A stretch of DNA of 11,669 bases, taken from Chthonomonadales bacterium. Its GTDB lineage: Bacteria > Armatimonadota > Chthonomonadetes > Chthonomonadales > CAJBBX01. The stretch lies in the NCBI GenBank assembly GCA_049967475.1, contig JBMFSQ010000050.1, forward strand, positions 1-11,669, read 5' to 3'. The notes under the pieces were generated by a model. The model was not told where the DNA came from and searched no databases. It saw only the letters and a list, made by a program, of their open reading frames with translations. This document shows positions 1-7,610 of the stretch, piece by piece (the first letter of the stretch is position 1; every line of letters starts with the position of its first letter). Position numbers and translations under genes: made by a program.

Positions 1-141
1 GCGCTGCATCCTCGCCAAGCTCCTTTCCCCTGCGACCGGCGCAACCTCGTCCTGCCCGCGTCACTGCAAGCCCCTCTTCCTCCGCCTGCTCCCACCGCCA
101 TTGCGTTTGGGCGGTGCCGCTCACGAAGCGGGCGCGGCCCT

Positions 142-738
142 TCACTTCGGCCGATACAACCCGTGGAGCTGAATATACTCTATCACGGGATCGGGGGTCA
201 GGTACCGAATGGGTAGCCCCGCCTGAACCCGCTCCCTCAATAATGTGGATGAAATCGCCATAAGGGGGGAAGCAATCACTTCGATGCGGAGGCGCAGATC
301 CGGAGGAAGAGCGGCCAACGCGTTCTCGGCATCAAAACCCGGCCGCCCAATGGCTACAATCGTGCTGAGCTTCGCAATGGCCAAAGGTTCCTTCCAGCTC
401 CCCATCTCGGCTACCGCATCCAGCCCCGAGATGAAATAGAACTCGGCCGCAGGGTACTCTTCCTTGAGGATGCGCAGGGTGTCTACGGTGTAGGAGGGGC
501 CAGGGCGGTCCAATTCCACCCGGGACGCTGAAAACCGCGGGTTCGAAGCCACCGCCAGCTCTACCATGGCAAAGCGGTGCGCTTCCGGCGTGAGATCAGG
601 CTCGCACTTGTGGGGAGGGGTGCGGTTGGGCACAAAGAGTACCCGGTCCAGCCCGAAGCGCACGCGGGCTTCCTCGCCTATGAATAGGTGGGCATGATGA
701 ATGGGATCGAAGGTTCCCCCAAGAATGCCCAAACGCAT
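142..738 (-). CDS. nadD: Nicotinate-nucleotide adenylyltransferase
   Basis: Shows the N-terminal RLGILGGTFDPIHHAH (HxGH-type motif), PPHK, SYTVDTL, FISGLDA..W and the C-terminal ISSTLLR...LTPDPVIEYIQLHGLY, all typical of NadD. Start placed at ATG 738 (MRLGILGG) rather than the ORF-track start at 759. Confidence 0.95.
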   Translation of the reverse strand: MRLGILGGTFDPIHHAHLFIGEEARVRFGLDRVLFVPNRTPPHKCEPDLTPEAHRFAMVELAVASNPRFSASRVELDRPGPSYTVDTLRILKEEYPAAEFYFISGLDAVAEMGSWKEPLAIAKLSTIVAIGRPGFDAENALAALPPDLRLRIEVIASPLMAISSTLLRERVQAGLPIRYLTPDPVIEYIQLHGLYRPK

Positions 739-744
739 GATGGT

Positions 745-750
745 ATGGTA
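745..750 (-). promoter_or_regulatory. Putative -10 element (TACCAT) for a leaderless nadD transcript
   Basis: The minus strand reads GGGG-TACCAT-ACCATC-ATG: a TANNNT hexamer 6 nt before the start codon, with no Shine-Dalgarno sequence. Confidence 0.55.
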
Positions 751-855
751 CCCCTGCAAAGAGTTCGTTCGAGGTCAGGGGGATGGTGAGGTCGGTTACC
801 CCGGCCCACGCTCATTCCCTACAACGTACATAGACGGCGACGGGAGGGTGCACAC

Positions 856-1950
856 GTGAGCGCCGCTGCCGAATTTCTGGTAATCCATGTGATGCGCCCC
901 GCACAAGGAGGTATCCGCCGCCATGTACAGATGCTTTGCCCACGCCTGGCGGCCATGGGCGCACGATCCCTGGTGGCGGCTCCTCCCGGACACACGAACT
1001 TGGAGGTACCCGCCATCGCCGTTCCCATCCGTGGAGGCCTCTCGCCGGCAGACATTCTCGCCGCGGGGATCGTCGCGCGCTCGTCCCGCGAGGCTCATCT
1101 CGTGCATGGCCACGGCCTTCGCGGCGCGTGGATTGCCTATCTTGCTTCCTCCATCGCGCACAAGCCCCTCGCCGTGACGTTGCACAACGTGATGCCGCCG
1201 GCGATGCCCCTTCCCGCGCGATGGGCGCTGACGCGCATCTTCCGCCATGCCCGAGCCATTATCTCTGTGTCCCGCGCCGTGGAAGCCAGCCTCCAATCCC
1301 AGGGATTTGCCGCCTGCCGCATGGAACTGATCCCCAACGGGATTGACCTGGCGGAATTCGAGGCCCAAGCATCGGAACTTTCGCTCTTCCGCGCCCAACT
1401 GCACCTTCCGGGGGAGGCACACCTCGTGGCATCCGCGGGGCGCCTGTCACCGGAAAAAGGCTTCCACATTCTTATGCAGGCTGCCCGCATCCTGGAGGAT
1501 CTGCATCCCAATGCGTACTTCGCTATTGCGGGAAGCGGACCGGAGGAGAGCGCTTTACGCGCCATGGCGCCTCCGCACGTCCGGTTTTTAGGCTATCTTC
1601 CCCGCGTTGCGGTGCTTCTCCTTTGCGCAGACCTGGTGGCGATCCCGTCTCTCACCGAGGGCCACGGGCTCGTAGCGCTGGAGGCCATGGCCGCGCGGCG
1701 GCCCGTGGTGGCGTCGAACGTGGGAGGTCTCACCGACACGATCCTCCACGGCGACACAGGTCTGCTCGTTCCTGCCGCCGATGCTGCATCCTTAGCCCAG
1801 GCCATCGGCCGGCTTCTTGGCGATGAGGAACTGCGCAGCCGCATGGGCGAAGCCGGCCGGGCGCGTGTCGAGGCATTCTATACGGCAGATCTCATGGCGG
1901 CGCGCACGTTCCAGTTATACCGCCACATCCTAAACGCGGGCGCGCCATAG
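856..1950 (+). CDS. Glycosyltransferase family 4 (GT-B fold, retaining)
   Basis: GTG start with GGGAGG RBS at 842-847. Motifs GGIRRH, VHGH, VTLH, VSRAV, IPNGID, GRLSPEKG, and the EX7E motif EGHGLVALE followed by AMAARRPVVASNVGG. Confidence 0.93.
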   Translation: MSAAAEFLVIHVMRPAQGGIRRHVQMLCPRLAAMGARSLVAAPPGHTNLEVPAIAVPIRGGLSPADILAAGIVARSSREAHLVHGHGLRGAWIAYLASSIAHKPLAVTLHNVMPPAMPLPARWALTRIFRHARAIISVSRAVEASLQSQGFAACRMELIPNGIDLAEFEAQASELSLFRAQLHLPGEAHLVASAGRLSPEKGFHILMQAARILEDLHPNAYFAIAGSGPEESALRAMAPPHVRFLGYLPRVAVLLLCADLVAIPSLTEGHGLVALEAMAARRPVVASNVGGLTDTILHGDTGLLVPAADAASLAQAIGRLLGDEELRSRMGEAGRARVEAFYTADLMAARTFQLYRHILNAGAP

Positions 1951-1956
1951 GCCGGT

Positions 1957-2985
1957 TCACTGCTCTAGTTGTTTTACCGGCACTACGCAGTTGCCCTCCC
2001 AACTTTCCATGGCCGCCTCGATAATCTCCTGCGTAGCCAAGGCATCGGCGCCGCTCGCCTCGATTTCGTCCGGAGCAGCCCCTTCAGACACCTGCTCGAT
2101 CCAGCGGTTGATGCGGCGGACGATCGTGTCATCGAAGGTGCGGATGCCGGTGAAGAGTTCGTTGGGCACTACCGTCACCTCGGTAGAGCGCCGGGGATAG
2201 AGGGTAACCCGCTCATAGCAGTTATCTATTACGAAGCGCCCTTCTGTGCCCAAAACTTCGCAGCGCTCCAAATTGAGGCGCATGTTGGCGTCGTAAGACC
2301 CCGTCAGGTGCCCTATACATCCATTCCGGAACAGGATGTTGATTTGGGCGTTGGACCAGCACACCCGCTTACCTCCTGGTGCATCCGGCTTCGGCGCCCG
2401 GTTGAAGAAGGCATGGACGCGTTCGGCATCGCCACAGAACAGGCGCATCACGTCGAGGCTGTGGGGGTGGAGCGCCTTCAGATGGAACCACGGGGTGCTG
2501 TCGTTGGGGTTGTCAATCCATAGCGTTACGTTGGCCAGCAGCGGCGTTCCGATGCGGCCTTCGTCCATCCATCGGCGGGCCACGTCAGTTTGTGGGGTGA
2601 AGCGATGGTTGAGATCACATCCGAAGCAGAGACCGCGCCTTTTGGCTTCAGCCACCATCGTGCGCGCCTCTGTGATGGAGTTGGAGAGGGGCTTTTCGCA
2701 AAGAACGTGTACGCCCGCCTCCAGGCACTCCATCACCGGTTCGAAATGGTGCGATCCGTTCTCGACGCCTGCCGTACACACAGAGGCGATCTGCAGGTGT
2801 TCCGCGCTGAGCATCTCACGCACCGAGGTGTAGGGCTTGCCTCCGAACTCGGCAGCGGCGGCCTGTGCGCGCTCGGGGATCGCGTCACACACGGCCACAA
2901 TTTCAGTGCCGGGATGGGCGCGATAGGCTTCCAGGTGGATGCGGCCGATATGGCCGGTGCCGATCACAGCAGTACGCAGCGGCAT
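1957..2985 (-). CDS. Gfo/Idh/MocA family NAD(P)-dependent oxidoreductase
   Basis: Rossmann motif AVIGTGHIG, AVCD, family signature HVLCEKP, NHRF, and C-terminal DALATQEIIEAAMES. GGAGG RBS upstream. Substrate cannot be assigned. Confidence 0.93.
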   Translation of the reverse strand: MPLRTAVIGTGHIGRIHLEAYRAHPGTEIVAVCDAIPERAQAAAAEFGGKPYTSVREMLSAEHLQIASVCTAGVENGSHHFEPVMECLEAGVHVLCEKPLSNSITEARTMVAEAKRRGLCFGCDLNHRFTPQTDVARRWMDEGRIGTPLLANVTLWIDNPNDSTPWFHLKALHPHSLDVMRLFCGDAERVHAFFNRAPKPDAPGGKRVCWSNAQINILFRNGCIGHLTGSYDANMRLNLERCEVLGTEGRFVIDNCYERVTLYPRRSTEVTVVPNELFTGIRTFDDTIVRRINRWIEQVSEGAAPDEIEASGADALATQEIIEAAMESWEGNCVVPVKQLEQ

Positions 2986-3058
2986 GAAAGATCCCTCCGG
3001 TGGTAGAGGCGTTGGTCCAGATCGAGCATGCTTCCCTGTAAATGAGGCGGCTCTCCTG

Positions 3059-3493
3059 CTACAGGCGGATATCCACGATGGCGCTTACGCCCACGCCGTT
3101 CACACGCCGGATGCCGTTCTGCGGATTTCGGGTGCTGATGGGGATAAGAGCCCGAACGCGTACCCCGCCTACCAACTTGAAGCGCCCTTCGATCTGAGCG
3201 ACGCCCTGAACCTTGCGCACCTGCTCTGCGGGCCCAGACACCTGCACTGCGCCGGCATAGCCTCCATCGCCGATGGAGAGGATCGGCACAACCTTCGTGG
3301 CCTCCTGGCCGCGGGCATTGTGCTGTCCTTCCAGACCGTTGATGAATTTGTTGATATCCGGGCCGAACTTGTCTACTGCGAAGATTACAGCACCCCCCTT
3401 CAGGATGCTGCCGAGCTGCCCGGCCGCGGCCAAAGTCAGAGTACTGACCAGCACGGCGCCTACCGCCACAGCGGTCCATCTTCTGCGGTTCAT
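3059..3493 (-). CDS. Secreted hypothetical protein, 144 aa
   Basis: Strong RBS (TAGGAGG) before ATG 3493. Signal peptide MNRRRWTAVAVGAVLVSTLTLAAA, followed by a Gly/Val-rich, beta-strand-like mature region (TKVVPILSIG, GAVQVSGP, VGVSAIVDIRL). Confidence 0.85.
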   Translation of the reverse strand: MNRRRWTAVAVGAVLVSTLTLAAAGQLGSILKGGAVIFAVDKFGPDINKFINGLEGQHNARGQEATKVVPILSIGDGGYAGAVQVSGPAEQVRKVQGVAQIEGRFKLVGGVRVRALIPISTRNPQNGIRRVNGVGVSAIVDIRL

Positions 3494-3608
3494 ATTGTTG
3501 TGTTCCCTCCTAATCCATCGGGCTCCATCGTAATGCCCTGCGTGTCTACATACTACGAACACGGCGCGCTTTCCTTTATCGTGACGCCGGATACCCCCGT
3601 CTCCGCCA

Positions 3609-3645
3609 TAAAAATGCCCCCGCTCCATTGAATTGGGCGGGGGCA
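3609..3645 (-). terminator. Intrinsic terminator of the SLH/beta-barrel gene
   Basis: The minus strand reads TGCCCCCGC-CCAATTCAATGGA-GCGGGGGCA followed by TTTTTA, about 25 nt after the stop at 3671. Confidence 0.85.
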
Positions 3646-3670
3646 AGCTTGTCGTCGGAAGGTGCGCGGT

Positions 3671-5560
3671 CTAGAACTTGACCGCGACCTGGGTAGCGAA
3701 CACGTTGTAGCTCTGGCGTCCATTCGGGCCGTCGGAGATTACGCCGTGGCCGTTGAAGTCGCCAATTTGGTACATGAGCTTGAGCATGGTGCTCGTGGTG
3801 AGATTGTAGCCCGTCCCGATCGTAATGTAATGCTCCGTGGGATATACGTCGGGAAGCGCCGCACCGATAGCTCCGCCGTGGAACCCCTTCAGATGCCAAT
3901 ATACGCCTTCCCAATCCACGGTGGTCTGGAAGTTCTTGGCCACATCCCACCGGAGCCCAACCAGGACTCGGTTGATGTCGTCGTTGTACCCCAGACCGCC
4001 GATGCCCGACCGATCATGGGCGGCGGTGAGGAAATCACCTCCGACCTTGAGGCCGAGGGACGGCGAGAAGTTGTAATGGGCCCGGAAGGTGGGTCCTTGT
4101 ACGTTGGTGGGGTTGAACCAGTTACCGATCTTGCCCCAGTAACCGGGAGCGTAGAACTGCGGGTCTACGTAGCGATAACCCGCCATCACGCCCAGATTGC
4201 CTGAGTGGTAACCGAGGTTGGCATCGAAGGCGTTGTTCTCCTTGTCATTCACTCCGGTAAAGCGGCTGCCGTGAGGAATGAGGGTGGTACGCCCATATTC
4301 ACCGTTGAGGGACCAGCGTTCCGCGAGCTTCAGGTTGAAGTCGCTTCCCAGGACGGCCACATTATTGAAGCCGGCCCCAGGTGTCTGAGCCTGCAGGGCG
4401 GTGAAGTTGATGTGCCCTCCGTCCAAGAAGCGGACGGGCAGCCCCACTACGGCGCCCACGAGCTGGTTGACAACCTTCTGTCCCTGGAAAGGTTGCCCCA
4501 GGGGCTTCGTGGGTCCAAAGACCCAAGGCATGGTTGCACCGGCGATGGGATCGTTGAAGGCGCCGCCATTTACGCCCTGGACGCTGGAGGTCTGGGCTCC
4601 GAAGAGTTCCAGTCCTACGCTGCCGAAGCGGGTGTTGAGGCGTGCGCCATCCATGCGGTAGTAGCCGTCGTTTTCCCAGGGAACGTTGAAATAGGAATCA
4701 ACGTCGGGCTTCCACAGGGTGAGGCGGCTGACACGTTGAGCGAACCGCCCGATGGTAAGGCTGGAGTCTCGGCCGATGCCTGCGAAGGGCGTACGGATCT
4801 CCAGGAGATCCAAACGCGTGTCCGACGGAACGGAAGAACCGGCCAGCGGCATGACGTTGGACACGCTTCCGCCGAGGTAGTTCTTGTAGTTGTCGAACGT
4901 GAGAGCGGCCGAGAGGGTGGCTCCGCCGGCAATATTGGCATCCACGCCTAGGCGGAAGCTGTGAACTACAGCCTGGCGGGTCGCCCCGGAGAGCACCATG
5001 CGACCATCGCGGTCAATGGCGTTGGTGTTGCCCGAGTCCGAGCGAACGCCTACGAAAGCGGCGCCGCTGATCTTGGGCATCTTGGAGATCTGGGACTGAA
5101 TGTCCGCCACGTCATGGGCCAGCTTGTCCAGCCGGCTGTTGATGGCGTTCATGTTGTTGCCCAGGCTTGCCAGCTCATCCCTGAACTCGTTGGCGAGTCT
5201 TTGCAAGGTCGCGATTTCTTCCGGCGTTACGCCGGGAGGTCCGGCTGGGCCGGGTTCGCCCTGCGGGCCCTGAGGCCCGGCAGGTCCTTGCGGTCCCTGA
5301 GGTCCCGGTTGACCCACAACCTGCTTGAGGGCGCGATCGAGTGCGACCGCAAACTCGTAGCGGGTGAGGGTGCGCTTCCCTCTAAAGTACCCATCGGGGT
5401 AGCCCAACAGGATGCCCTTGGAGCGAAGGCTCTCTACGGCATCATAGGCCCAGTGCGACCGATCCACGTCTTTGAACGCGTCGGGCGGGGTTTGGGCCAC
5501 TGCAGGAACTGCCCATGCGAGGCAGAGGGAGGCGCCCAGGAAGGTTAGAACCTTTCCCAT
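3671..5560 (-). CDS. SLH-domain outer-membrane protein (OmpM/SlpA-like: SLH, collagen-like segment, coiled coil, beta-barrel), 629 aa
   Basis: AAGGAGG RBS before ATG 5560. Signal peptide ending AVA-Q. SLH motif FKDVDRSHWAYDAV...GYPDGYFRGKRTLTRYEFA, then Gly-X-Y repeats and a heptad region (LQRLANEFRDELASL...LAHDVADIQSQI). The C-terminal part has many amphipathic aromatic/Gly strands and ends in VAVKF (terminal Phe, beta-signal-like). Confidence 0.88.
   Translation of the reverse strand: MGKVLTFLGASLCLAWAVPAVAQTPPDAFKDVDRSHWAYDAVESLRSKGILLGYPDGYFRGKRTLTRYEFAVALDRALKQVVGQPGPQGPQGPAGPQGPQGEPGPAGPPGVTPEEIATLQRLANEFRDELASLGNNMNAINSRLDKLAHDVADIQSQISKMPKISGAAFVGVRSDSGNTNAIDRDGRMVLSGATRQAVVHSFRLGVDANIAGGATLSAALTFDNYKNYLGGSVSNVMPLAGSSVPSDTRLDLLEIRTPFAGIGRDSSLTIGRFAQRVSRLTLWKPDVDSYFNVPWENDGYYRMDGARLNTRFGSVGLELFGAQTSSVQGVNGGAFNDPIAGATMPWVFGPTKPLGQPFQGQKVVNQLVGAVVGLPVRFLDGGHINFTALQAQTPGAGFNNVAVLGSDFNLKLAERWSLNGEYGRTTLIPHGSRFTGVNDKENNAFDANLGYHSGNLGVMAGYRYVDPQFYAPGYWGKIGNWFNPTNVQGPTFRAHYNFSPSLGLKVGGDFLTAAHDRSGIGGLGYNDDINRVLVGLRWDVAKNFQTTVDWEGVYWHLKGFHGGAIGAALPDVYPTEHYITIGTGYNLTTSTMLKLMYQIGDFNGHGVISDGPNGRQSYNVFATQVAVKF
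5231..5314 (-). repeat. Collagen-like Gly-X-Y repeat (9 triplets) inside the SLH protein
   Basis: Translates as GQP GPQ GPQ GPA GPQ GPQ GEP GPA GPP G. Confidence 0.95.
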
Positions 5561-5853
5561 CTGCTTCCTCCTTCGGATACGAATTCGCCACCGCCCAAAG
5601 GCCGTCCTTCGCACCAGAAGGAGGAGGATAAAACCGGAAGGCTTTGCGGTGCAAGCCGGGGGCAGGAAGTTGTCCCTGTTACCTTCGTGGCCTGCCGGCT
5701 GCCGCTGCGACCTTCTCCGGTTCCTTCTGCCGCCTTCAGGGTGCGACACCTGGCTGTAACGGTGCGCGGTACCCGGGAACAGGCTCTCGTGCGTCTACCA
5801 ACCGGGTTGTGGCGATCCGGCTGCAAACGTCCGAGCGCTCATCCCCGTGAGAC
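5561..5853 (-). promoter_or_regulatory. Long structured 5' UTR of the SLH/beta-barrel gene
   Basis: Lies between the predicted promoter and ATG 5560. Contains a long interrupted hairpin (5609-5746) and a 9-nt perfect complement of the RBS. Confidence 0.6.
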
Positions 5854-5859
5854 ACCTAC

Positions 5860-5889
5860 AATCTAACATAACGCCGGGCACTTTGTCAA
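5860..5889 (-). promoter_or_regulatory. Sigma70-type promoter for the SLH/beta-barrel gene
   Basis: The minus strand reads TTGACA (5889-5884), an 18-nt spacer ending in TGT, then TAGATT (5865-5860): a perfect -35 and an extended -10. Confidence 0.8.
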
Positions 5890-5953
5890 GTGCGAGGGGG
5901 CAATTTGTGCCGCACACGCCCATGTGCCCCCTCCTTTCAGCAGGCACACCGTG

Positions 5954-7447
5954 CTACTTCCTGTTGTACGTGAGCCCAGGCCAGTCATCCGTCCGGAAGG
6001 GTGAAGCGGGCAAACCTTCGCGGTTGTATAGGTTCACAACGGGGTTGATGGCCCATCCATACCGTACGGCTACGGGATCAGGCACTGCCTGCGAAGACAC
6101 CACCACAGTGTCTCCTTCGATGCGGGCATCGGCCCAAACAAACTTGCGGTCGCTTCCGGCAATCGCGAAGCCCTGCAGCGTGTCGCCATGGGCAACCAAT
6201 CCGCCGTCCACGTGGGTGAAAAAGAGGCGAATGGCGCTGTCTTCTCGTTTATAGCTTTTGTAGATGGGTCCGGAATACTCCAGGTGCCGCTTGTAGGCGA
6301 TGGCGAGGGCTGCCAGGGCCAGGCGCCGGCCTACCTCCTGCTTGTTCTTGGGATGAATGTCCGCGGCATCGCCGATGTCTATCGTTACCGCGAGCCCGCA
6401 GTTTGGAACGTGTTCCGCCGTCAGCAGTTGGGCTTCGCGCAATTCCGCCCATTCGTCTTCTCCCGGCTGAGGCTTCACGGGCAGGAAATTGGCCAACTGT
6501 ACGATGAGGAAGGGGAAGGGCCCTTCATTCCAGCGGGTGCGCCAATCCTGGATGAGCGCCGGCAGAAGGGTACGGTATTGATAGGCGCGCCCCGCGTTGG
6601 ACTCACCCTGGTACCAAATGACGCCTTTCATTCCGAAGGGAATGAGGGGAGCGATCATAGCATTGTACAAAACGGTACACACATTGGGGTTCCGCCGCTG
6701 GTTCGCAGGAAGGGAGGCCTCGCCGGCCGCCCGTATGCGCTCGACCTGCTCCAAGCGTTGGGCGAAATCCGGAAGCTTCTGAAGGGCCTCCGCACTGGTC
6801 CACGCCTCGGCGATGGTGCCGCCCCAGGATGAGTGGATGAGGCCGATGGGCACCTTCAGCGTCTGATGAAGGGCTCGGCCGAAGAAGTACGCTACTGCTG
6901 AGAAGCCGCCCCACCCATCCTGGGAGATCGTTTGCGGCGTGCATACCTGCCATGCGCCGCTTACCGTGCTCCTAGGTGCATAAGCTACTTCCATCGGGAC
7001 AGTGAACAGGCGGATGGACGGATAGTCCGCATGGGCAATCTCCTCGGCGGCGTTGTTTACGTTGGCGATGCCCATCTGCATGTTCGACTGCCCGGAGCAC
7101 AGCCAAACGTCGCCTACCATCACGTTGTGAAGGGTACGCTGCTCCGGACCCTTGACGTTCAGGGTGAAGGGACCGCCTGCCGAGAACGGCCCGATGCGCG
7201 CCATCCACTTGCCCGAGGCGTCCGCCACTGCGGTTGCGCGCTTGCCCGCCACCTCTACGGTGACGGTGGCGCCGGGCGTCGTCCACCCCCAAACCGGGTC
7301 CCGCATCCCGCGCTGCAGCACCATGTTGTCGGTAAAGAGGGGGCTGAGGAACGGCTGCACAGGCTGAGCGCATGCCGAAGCCGTGAAGCTCAGGATGCAG
7401 GCCGCCCCTAAAACGCGCAAGGTATGGCGAATGCTGGTCACGTTCAT
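5954..7447 (-). CDS. Secreted sialate O-acetylesterase (SASA/DUF303, SGNH hydrolase)
   Basis: AGGAGG RBS and a signal peptide ending ACA-Q. Motifs LFTDNMVLQR, GDVWLCSGQSNM, FSAVAYFFGR, WGGTIAEAW, GVIWYQGESNA, LREAQ, DIHPKNKQEVGRRLA and LPASPFRTD. Confidence 0.93.
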   Translation of the reverse strand: MNVTSIRHTLRVLGAACILSFTASACAQPVQPFLSPLFTDNMVLQRGMRDPVWGWTTPGATVTVEVAGKRATAVADASGKWMARIGPFSAGGPFTLNVKGPEQRTLHNVMVGDVWLCSGQSNMQMGIANVNNAAEEIAHADYPSIRLFTVPMEVAYAPRSTVSGAWQVCTPQTISQDGWGGFSAVAYFFGRALHQTLKVPIGLIHSSWGGTIAEAWTSAEALQKLPDFAQRLEQVERIRAAGEASLPANQRRNPNVCTVLYNAMIAPLIPFGMKGVIWYQGESNAGRAYQYRTLLPALIQDWRTRWNEGPFPFLIVQLANFLPVKPQPGEDEWAELREAQLLTAEHVPNCGLAVTIDIGDAADIHPKNKQEVGRRLALAALAIAYKRHLEYSGPIYKSYKREDSAIRLFFTHVDGGLVAHGDTLQGFAIAGSDRKFVWADARIEGDTVVVSSQAVPDPVAVRYGWAINPVVNLYNREGLPASPFRTDDWPGLTYNRK

Positions 7448-7540
7448 GCCAAAGGACCTCCTGGAGTTGCGGCGCGGCGAGGCCGGCCGACGTTCATTTC
7501 ACGCGTCGGTGCAGGAATTCCTCTTCATCGCGTTTGCCGG

Positions 7541-7584
7541 AAGACGACAAGTGGGCCGCCTCCAAAATTCGGAGTGCGGCCCAC
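7541..7584 (-). terminator. Probable terminator hairpin after the small peptide gene
   Basis: The minus strand reads GTGGGCCGC-A-CTCCGA-ATT-TTGGAG-GCGGCCCAC followed by TTGTCGTCTT (weak U-tract), 26 nt downstream of the stop at 7611. Confidence 0.65.
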
Positions 7585-7610
7585 AACCAACAACCGGCGA
7601 TTGAAACGTG

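Noticed and set aside
1..145. Open minus-strand frame from GTG 145 (overlapping the nadD stop) running off the window edge, plus an alternative ATG at 9 preceded by AAGGAG
   Set aside because: A downstream gene probably begins here, but too little sequence is visible to choose a start or assign a product.
796..1422. 208-aa minus-strand ORF just upstream of nadD
   Set aside because: It overlaps the well-supported GT4 gene on the opposite strand and has an Arg/Gly/His-rich shadow-frame composition.
5231..5314. Short tandem DNA repeats as a possible CRISPR array or VNTR
   Set aside because: They have a 9-nt period with synonymous variation, lie in frame and encode Gly-X-Y; there are no spacers.
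3662..5548. Long plus-strand ORFs (3662-4204, 4205-4951, 4961-5548) antisense to the SLH protein gene
   Set aside because: These are shadow ORFs caused by GC-rich codon bias of the real gene on the opposite strand; they have no motifs or RBS. The same applies to 1969-2523, 2939-3631, 6188-6832, 6932-7411, 8882-9388 and 9453-10028.
5561..5749. 63-aa N-terminal extension of the SLH protein in the ORF track
   Set aside because: The strong RBS and signal peptide begin at ATG 5560; the extension is the structured leader. The extensions 3494-3646, 7770-7877 and 9621-9695 were rejected for the same reason.
5561..5853. Assignment of the leader to a known riboswitch or ncRNA class (c-di-GMP, SAM, TPP, T-box, SRP, 6S)
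   Set aside because: I could not match the conserved core motifs of these classes by eye; an Rfam search is needed.
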